From the NCBI GenBank assembly GCA_964229355.1, contig CAXRDE010000005.1:101131-165130 (forward strand): a stretch of 64,000 nt of DNA, given 5' to 3'. The stretch's first letter is position 1. The number at the start of each line of letters is the position of its first letter. The stretch is from Candidatus Sericytochromatia bacterium (GTDB lineage: Bacteria; Cyanobacteriota; Sericytochromatia; UBA7694). The notes under the pieces were generated by a model. It ran no database searches. It saw nothing but the letters and a program-made list of their open reading frames with translations, and was not told the origin of the DNA. Shown here one piece after another: positions 36,586 through 44,824 of the stretch. Both the position numbers and the translations under genes were made by a program.

Positions 36586-37431
36586 ATGAACATCGCTATT
36601 AATCGTCAAAACACCGCAGTACAAGGCATTCGGGAACTTCGCCCGGGTATTTCTATTGAGCAGGCCGTTCAAAAAACCAAAAAAAATGGCCTTGATGAAG
36701 TTTTTTTCATGTCTCAAGGACGCGCCTATGTGGCCTATGGTGACGCCATTAATTTAAGCAATCTCAAAAAAAATGAAGTTCCTGCCGTGATGTTCAACGG
36801 CATGTCTGCAGACCTGATTGCCTTTGACGATGAAGCCAACTCAATTGCTGAAGGCGCCGCCCGTGGTGCCATTGAAGAAGTGGGCAACGCCATTGGCTTT
36901 GTGCGCACCTCTGTCGGCAATTTGGTCAAAAATGTAGGCCCCACAGCGTTTGGTGTCGCCACCGTTGGCACCATTGGCGTGGGTATTTATACCCTGTGGA
37001 AGCGATCTCAAGCCGGTGCGATAGGTCAGGCCGTGGTGAGTCAGGTGAGTCAAAAAAGCCTGAGCGCCGCCAGCGGCATACCCCTGTCTCACTTTTTGAA
37101 CGGCATGAAAATCACCGCTCTGGCCGGTTTAGCCGGCGCAGGCATTTTAGCTGCTTATGGCGCCATCAAAGGTGCTTTAGACGCAAAAGCAAACCCTAAA
37201 GATTATGCCTCCATTGCCAGTATCACCGCTGATGGCGCCTCACCCACCAACGGGGGAGCCGCTTTAAGCTGGCAGCAACTCAATGGTGAAGCCCCCATCC
37301 CCGATCAAAACACGCCCGCCCCCGCTCCTGTTACCGACGGCAGTGATAATGATATGGGTCTGGGCTTTGGCATTCAGACCCGCCCGCAGCCTGCACAAAT
37401 TCTCATGGATCCGCGATTATTGAGGCGTTAG
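36586..37431 (+). CDS. Hypothetical protein, paralog A of a tandem pair (conserved N-domain + Gly/Ala-zipper TM region + variable tail)
   Basis: About 60% identical over the N-terminal 230 aa to 37535..38461 (MNIAINRQNTAVQGIRELRPGI.../MNISINSKQIAVQGIRALRPGI...). GxxxG/AxxxA-rich predicted TM segments. Confidence 0.5.
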   Translation: MNIAINRQNTAVQGIRELRPGISIEQAVQKTKKNGLDEVFFMSQGRAYVAYGDAINLSNLKKNEVPAVMFNGMSADLIAFDDEANSIAEGAARGAIEEVGNAIGFVRTSVGNLVKNVGPTAFGVATVGTIGVGIYTLWKRSQAGAIGQAVVSQVSQKSLSAASGIPLSHFLNGMKITALAGLAGAGILAAYGAIKGALDAKANPKDYASIASITADGASPTNGGAALSWQQLNGEAPIPDQNTPAPAPVTDGSDNDMGLGFGIQTRPQPAQILMDPRLLRR

Positions 37432-37534
37432 ATCGAAAAAACCAAAAAAATCTCTGTTTTTAACCTTTTTTTAAGCAAGCTTTATTTGATCAATAACTAT
37501 AAGGATAGAGTAGACGCTTAAGAAGTAGGTTTTT

Positions 37535-38461
37535 ATGAACATATCTATCAATAGCAAGCAAATCGCCGTTCAGGGTATTCGGGCCTTACGCCCGGGCATT
37601 ACCGTGGAACAAGCCACCCAAAAAACCAAGAAAAATGGTTTGGATGAGGTTTATTTTAAGTCTGGGGGCCAATATTATGTGGCCTACGGTGATTCATTGG
37701 AATTGGGCGATCTACGTAAAAACGAAATTCCTGCCGTCATGTTCAACGGCTTACAAGCCGATATTATTACCTACGATGATGAAGTCAACTCCGTACTGGA
37801 AGGCGCTGGCCGCGGAGCCCTCGAAGAACTCAACGTGGGTATCGACTTTGTTCGCAAATCGATCGGCAGTATGATCACCCGTGTGGGGCCAACCGCCGTG
37901 GGCGCAGCTGCCGTTGGGGCAGCAGGCTTAGGTCTTTACAAACTCTGGCAAGAATCTCAAAAAATTGGAGCCATTGGGGCTTCACTGGCCGCCAATGGAG
38001 CCGCAAGCGGCACCCTCAGCATGGCCGCTGGCGCAGCCGGAGGAGGAGCATCTGCCATTCTCAACGGCATGAAAATTGCCGCTATTAGCGGTTTAGCCGG
38101 CATCGGTATCCTCGCGGGGTATGGCGCATTAAAAGGCGCCTTAGAAGCCAAAGCAGCGCAAAAAGACTATGCCTCTATTGCCAGCGTCACCGCTGACGGA
38201 GCCAGCCCCACCAACCAGGGCGAAGCACTCACCTGGCAACAACTCAATTCAAACGCCCCCGCCAACCATAACGATATGACCACACCCGTGAACACAAATC
38301 CGCCTTATAGCGCTCCTATTGTGCCCGGTGACGTGGTGAGCAACCCTGTGTTTCAAAACCCCACCTTTGGCAACTCACCTTTTGACGTGTATGCTGCCAG
38401 TTCAAAAGCCGTGGGCGCTCTCATGAATCCTTCCCAACTGCAAGCCGCTAGCCAGCGCTAA
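37535..38461 (+). CDS. Hypothetical protein, paralog B of the tandem pair
   Basis: See paralog A; the C-terminal tail diverges (Pro/Asn-rich). Confidence 0.5.
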   Translation: MNISINSKQIAVQGIRALRPGITVEQATQKTKKNGLDEVYFKSGGQYYVAYGDSLELGDLRKNEIPAVMFNGLQADIITYDDEVNSVLEGAGRGALEELNVGIDFVRKSIGSMITRVGPTAVGAAAVGAAGLGLYKLWQESQKIGAIGASLAANGAASGTLSMAAGAAGGGASAILNGMKIAAISGLAGIGILAGYGALKGALEAKAAQKDYASIASVTADGASPTNQGEALTWQQLNSNAPANHNDMTTPVNTNPPYSAPIVPGDVVSNPVFQNPTFGNSPFDVYAASSKAVGALMNPSQLQAASQR

Positions 38462-38484
38462 GCCGACAGCAGCACACAAAAACC

Positions 38485-39303
38485 TTAAGTGGGCGAAGAG
38501 TCCAGAGGCTGAGATGCGCTCGCTTTTTCAGGTTCACTGTTTGCCGTCTCAGGGGGAAGCTCAATCTCCGTAAAATGCCGCCGCATATGCTGTAAAATCG
38601 CCTGGGCGTTCACTGCAGCCTTTTGATACACCGGTGCCAGGGCCTCGTTTAAACGTTTGCGGGAAATGCGACCCGGCATGGCATCTAAGCTTGCCAATGG
38701 CGAAGCCTGAGCCTCATCTAAGATTTCAGTTTCAAAGGCCCGCTTAATGCCCCAATACTCATGGGGTTGCTGACGCAAAGGCACTTCCGGTAACGTCGAA
38801 AGCGGCTGGTGCATGGGCTCATCCACTTCAACTCCTTGCAGCTTAAACAAAAGCAACGGATCTGCGTCCATGAACTCAGCCAATAGACAACAGACGGCGG
38901 CCATATGCTTGCAAGGCACCGTCCAATCAGGACACGAACAATCCATGCTCATATGTACATCAGGACTTGGAAAAAAGTGGGCACCCGCCTCTTCAAAACG
39001 CTGTTGCCACTCCAGGGGGATATCGGTCTTGAGCATTTCACTGTGGTTTTGAATCAATTGCTGAATGAGCAATTGTTGTCCCCGGGGGTAGGGGGCAAAC
39101 ACAATCGTCACGGTATAAGGGTTGATGCGGCTGCCGCGCACCTCTGCCTGCACCTGATTTTCTTGAATACGAAAATCTTTGACGTTACCCTGTTTGGCAT
39201 AAATTTCGCCCCGAAGCATCCGCTCTGGCTCTGACTGGGCGATACGTGATAACCATTGCCGAGACCACCAACGTCGTCCAAAACTTTGTAAGGGTGCAAC
39301 CAT
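38485..39303 (-). CDS. SWIM zinc-finger protein (YwqB-like partner of SNF2 helicase)
   Basis: C-x-C-x(n)-C-x-H SWIM signature in MDCSCPDWTVPCKHM. Stop abuts the SNF2 gene. Confidence 0.7.
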   Translation of the reverse strand: MVAPLQSFGRRWWSRQWLSRIAQSEPERMLRGEIYAKQGNVKDFRIQENQVQAEVRGSRINPYTVTIVFAPYPRGQQLLIQQLIQNHSEMLKTDIPLEWQQRFEEAGAHFFPSPDVHMSMDCSCPDWTVPCKHMAAVCCLLAEFMDADPLLLFKLQGVEVDEPMHQPLSTLPEVPLRQQPHEYWGIKRAFETEILDEAQASPLASLDAMPGRISRKRLNEALAPVYQKAAVNAQAILQHMRRHFTEIELPPETANSEPEKASASQPLDSSPT

Positions 39304-42300
39304 TAGCCGGTCACCAGATCAGCACTCAGGCGGAACAGGGTGCGCAGCTCATCATCACTTAGCTCCGTAATCCAGTTTTCACCGCTGCCTACAATTTGTT
39401 CTGCCAATTCTTGTTTTTCACTCAACATATCATCGATTCGTTCCTCTAAGGTCCCGCTACACACCAGCTTATGCACCTGGACATTGCGGGTTTGCCCAAT
39501 ACGATAAGCCCGGTCGGTGGCTTGATTCTCCACAGCGGGATTCCACCACCGGTCATAATGAAACACGTGGTTTGCCGCTGTCAAGTTAAGCCCTGTGCCC
39601 CCCGCCTTAAGACTGAGTACGAAGATGGCGGGTTTGGCATCGCTTTGAAAATGCTCTACCATTTCGGTACGGCGCTGACGGGGCGTGCCACCGTGTAAGA
39701 AAAAAACTTCCTGATCAAAGCGTTGGCTCAGGTATTGCTGCAATAATTTACCCATTTCCGCAAACTGGGTAAACACCAGGGCTTTTTCATCTCCGGCAAG
39801 CACCTCCTCCAGCATCTCTTCGAGACGATTCAACTTGCCCGAACGGCTTGCCAGCGGCCCGGCTTCTTTTAAAAAGTGGGACGGATGGTTACAAATCTGT
39901 TTCAACTTGCTTAAAGAGGCCAGTACCAATCCCCGGCGGGCCATACCGTCTAACTCAGCCAACTGCTCTTCAATACCATCTACCGTGGCCGCATACAAAC
40001 TCGCCTGTTCTACGGTTAACGTACAATAGGTTTTGCTCTCTTGCTTTTCGGGCAAGTCGGGCACAATGGTAGGGTCTGTTTTTAAGCGCCTTAAAATAAA
40101 GGGGGCTGTCAGATGGTGCAATTGCTTCAGGGCGTGTTTGTCTTGCCAACGCTGAATAGGTGTTAAAAATAAGGTTTTAAAGGCCCTGCGGGTACCCAGC
40201 AAGCCCTGGTTTAAGAAGTCCATTAAGGTCCACAAATCGCCCACATGATTCTCTACAGGGGTACCCGTCAAAGCCAGCTTCCAGCGCGAAGGCAAGCCCC
40301 GGGCGGTCTGCGATTGTTTGGTCTGGGCATTCTTAATGTTTTGCGCTTCGTCAAGAATCAAGCCCGCCCATTTTACCTGGGACAGAAACTCCGCATCGCG
40401 GTGCAACAGCGCATAGGAGGTAATCACCAATCCCGCAGGAGGCACTTTGGCAATAAAGTCTTCACCCTGGTCCCGCTGCGAACCATGGTGAATTTTCACG
40501 GGAATTTCAGGCACAAAGCGATGGGCTTCACGGCGCCAGTTGTCTAATAAAGAGGTAGGGCACACCAGCAGGCTAGGTTGAATTTCACCCTGCTCATAAA
40601 AATACTGCATCAGGGCCAGGGTTTGAATAGTTTTGCCTAAACCCATGTCATCGGCCAGACAACCGCCCAGGCCGTGGCCGCATAAAAACGCCAGCCAGTT
40701 TAAGCCCCGCTGCTGATAATGGCGCAGGGTGCCAGTAAAACCGGTGGGGGGTTCAATATCTGCAATTTCGCGCTCACCCCGTAACTCCGCCAGAAAATCC
40801 GCCAGCCAGCCCTGTACCTCTACAGAGGTAATCTCAAAAGGCGCGTGCTCACCCTGAGGACCCAGGAGCAAGACATCTCGCAGAGCCATCTGCTTGGGCT
40901 TACCATGACGCCATAAGCTTAAGGCCCGTTTCATATCCTCTGGAGAAACTTTCAGCCAGCGGCCCCGCCAGTGCACCAACGGCGATTTTAAAGCCGCCAG
41001 CCCCTTCAATTCCTCAAAACTAATGGGGTGATCGCCAAGCATCAGTTCCCAGTCCGCGTGCAATAGGGTGTTCAGAGAAATATGTCCCTGGGCCTGTTGG
41101 TGATCATCCAGGGGACGCACCCGCACCTGGCCCCGCAAAGGCGTGCTTTCTTCGAGCCACCAGCGGGGCAAACGCAAGCCAAAGCCACTTTGCTCTAAAG
41201 CAGGAGCTTGCATCAAAAAATACTCCACCTGCGCCGGCTGCAGCTCCATCCCCGAGTGGGCCCTTAGCAATTTCATACTGAGCTCCGGAATACGTAAAGC
41301 GGCCTGTTCTAAGGCATCATTGACAAACACCTCCAGGGGCCAATTCAAGGTATTTAAAATCGCCGGGCGATCTTCGCTGTGTAAAACTTCGATGGGAACA
41401 TACAAATGGGGTTCCTCACGGGAGTGCAAAAGCAAGCGCACAAACCATGATTCAGAGGTTTCTGTGGGTTCTTCTAACTGAAATACCAATTGAAAGGGGG
41501 CCTCAGACATCACGCGCAAAGGACGGGTCCAGCGCTGAATGTGACGGCGAAAAATCACGAACTCCGGCTCAACCCCTTGAATCAAACCATTGCGACGACG
41601 CAACGCCTCGGTCCAACGGGACTCCACACTGAGCTCAGGCACTTTGCGAGGTGAGTATTCACCCCCCACATTATCTCGGCGCACCAGGGTATCGGTCATG
41701 CGCCCCAGTGCCTGCAGCAACACATGGCGCAGTTGTGAAAAGGGAGCCTGGGTTTTATCATAATTGAGCGCTTGCACCACTTCCGGCATATGCTGCTGCA
41801 GTTCGGCCAACACCAGATGGTCTTCTTGCTGCAGTAGCGGCTGCCAACGGGCAAACCACTCCTGTTCAATTTGTTCAATATCGGGAAGCAATTGCTGACG
41901 CCGCACCAAACTCAGGGCCAGGCGATAGAGACGTTTCCAACCCTCCATTTCAACGCCCAAAGACCATTGGGGCGTATCTTGTAAAGCATTGTCATTGCCC
42001 AACCAATCGAGTACCTTGCCACTGGGTAAGCGAATCCCCTCCAGGGCCCAGGACTGAAGGGTCAGGGGAGACTGAACAGCCACACTACCGGTGCTGCTGG
42101 TGGGCCCTTGCTCAGAACCCGGCACCCACAGCACGGCATGCTCTTCTTTGAGCATGCGAGGCTGATGGGCAATTTCGAGCTGTTTTAAAATATCCCAAAG
42201 CGCTTGCCGCTTGGCCTGGTAAGGATAATGCCCTTCGGGCTGTGAGGTGGGCAAGGCGGTCTCTGCCCAAAAAACAAAGTGGGGGTGGATATAGGCTAAG

Positions 42301-42314
42301 TGTAAGGTATACAT
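39303..42314 (-). CDS. SNF2-family DNA-dependent ATPase/helicase (YwqA/RapA-like) with long N-terminal region
   Basis: LRHYQQRGLNWL, DDMGLGKT Walker A, DEAQNIKN motif II, helicase-C motifs (QATDRAYRIGQ). Start placed at MYTLHLAY (42314), which overlaps (TAATG) the stop of the MshEN gene. The longer listed ORF would overlap that gene by 70 nt. Confidence 0.8.
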   Translation of the reverse strand: MYTLHLAYIHPHFVFWAETALPTSQPEGHYPYQAKRQALWDILKQLEIAHQPRMLKEEHAVLWVPGSEQGPTSSTGSVAVQSPLTLQSWALEGIRLPSGKVLDWLGNDNALQDTPQWSLGVEMEGWKRLYRLALSLVRRQQLLPDIEQIEQEWFARWQPLLQQEDHLVLAELQQHMPEVVQALNYDKTQAPFSQLRHVLLQALGRMTDTLVRRDNVGGEYSPRKVPELSVESRWTEALRRRNGLIQGVEPEFVIFRRHIQRWTRPLRVMSEAPFQLVFQLEEPTETSESWFVRLLLHSREEPHLYVPIEVLHSEDRPAILNTLNWPLEVFVNDALEQAALRIPELSMKLLRAHSGMELQPAQVEYFLMQAPALEQSGFGLRLPRWWLEESTPLRGQVRVRPLDDHQQAQGHISLNTLLHADWELMLGDHPISFEELKGLAALKSPLVHWRGRWLKVSPEDMKRALSLWRHGKPKQMALRDVLLLGPQGEHAPFEITSVEVQGWLADFLAELRGEREIADIEPPTGFTGTLRHYQQRGLNWLAFLCGHGLGGCLADDMGLGKTIQTLALMQYFYEQGEIQPSLLVCPTSLLDNWRREAHRFVPEIPVKIHHGSQRDQGEDFIAKVPPAGLVITSYALLHRDAEFLSQVKWAGLILDEAQNIKNAQTKQSQTARGLPSRWKLALTGTPVENHVGDLWTLMDFLNQGLLGTRRAFKTLFLTPIQRWQDKHALKQLHHLTAPFILRRLKTDPTIVPDLPEKQESKTYCTLTVEQASLYAATVDGIEEQLAELDGMARRGLVLASLSKLKQICNHPSHFLKEAGPLASRSGKLNRLEEMLEEVLAGDEKALVFTQFAEMGKLLQQYLSQRFDQEVFFLHGGTPRQRRTEMVEHFQSDAKPAIFVLSLKAGGTGLNLTAANHVFHYDRWWNPAVENQATDRAYRIGQTRNVQVHKLVCSGTLEERIDDMLSEKQELAEQIVGSGENWITELSDDELRTLFRLSADLVTG

Positions 42315-42694
42315 TAAGAGTTCAAACGACGACGTATTTCTGCTTGTTGTGACAAGGTGGCATCCAATTGTTCCTGGGTGCAAAAGCCCAGTTCAATCAA
42401 GGCTTCTCCAAGGGGTATTTCGCGGGTGACATGACAGCTTAAGGCTTCTATCAATTGCTCACGGGAAATCACGCCCCCCTGAATCAACAGGTTACCCAAC
42501 CGGGTGGTACGGCGTACCTGTTGACGTTTATGGTAAAAACTTTCCACCAGAGGACGCGCGGGCTGCCCATTGATCAAGGTATCGGCACTCAACACACCAA
42601 TATCATCTAAAGCATAGGCAACCAGTTCGTCTGCTGTGGCACCAAAGGCGCTAAAATCAGCCAGGGCTAAATGTTCAATACAAACCTGGCTCAT
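42314..42694 (-). CDS. Stand-alone MshEN-domain protein (predicted c-di-GMP receptor)
   Basis: Tandem 24-aa motifs RLGNLLIQGGVISREQLIEALSCH and PLGEALIELGFCTQEQLDATLSQQ separated by a 5-aa spacer (VTREI) fit the RLGxx(L/V/I)(L/V/I)xxG(L/V/I)(L/V/I)xxxx(L/V/I)xxx(L/V/I)xxQ x2 MshEN signature. ATGA overlap with the upstream gene and TAATG coupling to SNF2. Confidence 0.6.
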   Translation of the reverse strand: MSQVCIEHLALADFSAFGATADELVAYALDDIGVLSADTLINGQPARPLVESFYHKRQQVRRTTRLGNLLIQGGVISREQLIEALSCHVTREIPLGEALIELGFCTQEQLDATLSQQAEIRRRLNS

Positions 42695-44814
42695 CGCACG
42701 TTAAAACTCACGCGATGGGTCGAGGTGTTGCCCATGCGATCCGTGGCTTTCACCACAAGCATGTGTTGCCCCTTAGCCGGACGCTTCATTTTCAAAAGAA
42801 AGCTCTCTTCACGGCCATCAATGATTTTATCCACAGACTGCACAAAATCGCTTTGTTGGCCATCTAAAATCGTTTCTACATACGCCAGGGCAGACAGCTG
42901 ATCTTTAGCCTCAAAGCGCACTTCCACATGATCTTGTTTAACCGTTGCCTGCAGGCCGGAAACCGTCGGCACGGTATTATCAATGGTCATCAGCTCACTG
43001 TCGCGATACACCCGATAGCTCTCGCCGGGATTTGATAAAGCATCGCTGGCATAGACACGGAAGCGGTAGTTTCCATCGGATAAGGTGCTGGAGTCAAACG
43101 AATAGATGGGCTGAGTCAGATCTTTGGCGAGCGGTACCCATTCGGTCTGACCATACGCTTGGTAATACACATCAAAGGTCAGCCGATCTTCATTGGCATC
43201 TTCGCTGTCCCAGGCCACAGTCAACATGCCCTGTTTAAAATCTTGCAGCATACGGATCTCACTGCTGGACTTTTCTTCGAGCATCTGAGCGTAAACAGAT
43301 TCTGTACTCTGGGGTTGACGCAGGCTTTGCAGTACACGGGGTTCTAGCTGGACGACCCGTGGGGCTTCCGGTTTGCCATAGGTGTGGGGTTTAAAGAAAA
43401 TACCGCGGTCCAGGAAGTATACTTCATGCACAATAGGTGCGAGATTGTCTCGCACATAGTTGACCTCAAAACTTTTAAGCTGTGGTGTTCGCTGGGCACT
43501 ATTGCTCTGCAGTTCAAATTTGGCCTGCAGAAAGCGACCCGCAGGCGAAGTAATGGGGACTTCTGTGCCGGTTTTAAAGGCACTCCAGTCACTCCAGGTA
43601 TTATCAGGGGTGGCTGTATTTCCGGTACGGGTGGCCACGCGAATTTGCGTCCCTGATGGCACCACAGCCTGCAGTCGCAAAAGGCCCCAGGAAGCTGAAA
43701 TACCAGCACTCATAACATCACTTTCATAAATTCCCGTCCGTAAAAAGCCGCCTTCATAACGGTCAATGCGCGCGGGACTGCTTCCAAAACTTAAAAAGCC
43801 GTCATTGGCGGCAGCGGCGATCAAAAGAGACACCTGATCAGAGGCAGAGCGCGTGGCCAGGCTTAACTCCCGCACTTCCGGGTTTTCCGGCTGGTAAATC
43901 TTGTAGATGCGCCCGGCGTTGCCCGTGCCCACAAAAAGGTCACCGGCTTTGTTGAGCGCGAGTGTGTTGGCGGTTTCGTTATCCAGGGGAAACAACAGTT
44001 CAGAATGTCCCTGGCGATCAATACGAAAGACCGCACTTTTGGCACGGCTTTTATCTGCTGCAGAGCGGTTTAAAGCCACAAAGAGATCGCCCTTACCATT
44101 GCCGGTGATGGCTGTCACCTCGTCAAAGTCGGCATCTAGAAGCGCACGGGCCTTGTCTTTGCGTTCGTATTGATAGACAATGCCGCGGCTGCCGCCGCCA
44201 AAAACCATGCCCCAATGGGGGTCTTCGTAGAGCGCGCGCAGATTGTTTTCTTTAGACTGGTACAACAATTCAGCACTATCGCCTTGAAGGCGGTAAAGGG
44301 CGCCGCGGTTGCCGGTGGTAAAATAAACTTGCCCGTCTTTAGCGGGCAAAATATTCCAAATGTACTGTTCTTTGGCCTGAAAAATCGGCTTGAGCCCGCT
44401 TTTGTCGCCCTTGTAAAGGCGGCCGTCGGGAGCACTGGCGGCATACAAGCTGCCATCTTTGCCCTTCGCCACGGCGGACACAAACCCCTGAGGTAAATCC
44501 AGAATGGTTTTTTCGCTACCCGACTCTCCAAGGCGCACAATCATTGCTGATCCTGGTTTTGCAGTAGCCACAAGCATTTCATTGGCATTCAGAGGAACAG
44601 CGTCCATGATGTTATTGGCCGTTAACTGATTGCGTTCTTCGAAGGCCGAGCTCAGGGTTAATGAACCGTCAGACTGAATGGCTGTGGAAACCAGAGCTCC
44701 ATTCAAAAAGTCTCTCACACCTTCCACATACCAGTTTTTAGGAAACTCAGCATGGGCGGGAAACGTTAGGCTTGCCGCTAACACCGCACCAAATACGCTT
44801 TTTATCTTCATCAT
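42691..44814 (-). CDS. Secreted beta-propeller (Reg_prop-like repeats) plus Y_Y_Y-like domain protein without kinase module
   Basis: Signal peptide. Repeated G.LY/FV..G motifs (GSLYAASAPDGRLY, GQVYFTTGNRGALY, GDLFVGTGNAGRIY). C-terminal NYRFRVYASDALSN resembles the Y_Y_Y domain of hybrid two-component periplasmic sensors. Confidence 0.5.
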   Translation of the reverse strand: MMKIKSVFGAVLAASLTFPAHAEFPKNWYVEGVRDFLNGALVSTAIQSDGSLTLSSAFEERNQLTANNIMDAVPLNANEMLVATAKPGSAMIVRLGESGSEKTILDLPQGFVSAVAKGKDGSLYAASAPDGRLYKGDKSGLKPIFQAKEQYIWNILPAKDGQVYFTTGNRGALYRLQGDSAELLYQSKENNLRALYEDPHWGMVFGGGSRGIVYQYERKDKARALLDADFDEVTAITGNGKGDLFVALNRSAADKSRAKSAVFRIDRQGHSELLFPLDNETANTLALNKAGDLFVGTGNAGRIYKIYQPENPEVRELSLATRSASDQVSLLIAAAANDGFLSFGSSPARIDRYEGGFLRTGIYESDVMSAGISASWGLLRLQAVVPSGTQIRVATRTGNTATPDNTWSDWSAFKTGTEVPITSPAGRFLQAKFELQSNSAQRTPQLKSFEVNYVRDNLAPIVHEVYFLDRGIFFKPHTYGKPEAPRVVQLEPRVLQSLRQPQSTESVYAQMLEEKSSSEIRMLQDFKQGMLTVAWDSEDANEDRLTFDVYYQAYGQTEWVPLAKDLTQPIYSFDSSTLSDGNYRFRVYASDALSNPGESYRVYRDSELMTIDNTVPTVSGLQATVKQDHVEVRFEAKDQLSALAYVETILDGQQSDFVQSVDKIIDGREESFLLKMKRPAKGQHMLVVKATDRMGNTSTHRVSFNVR

Positions 44815-44824
44815 GTCTATACCT

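Noticed and set aside
39303-42383. Longest version of the SNF2 ORF (1026 aa)
   Set aside because: The first 23 codons overlap the MshEN gene. The start at MYTLHLAY yields a one-base TAATG coupling and is preferred.
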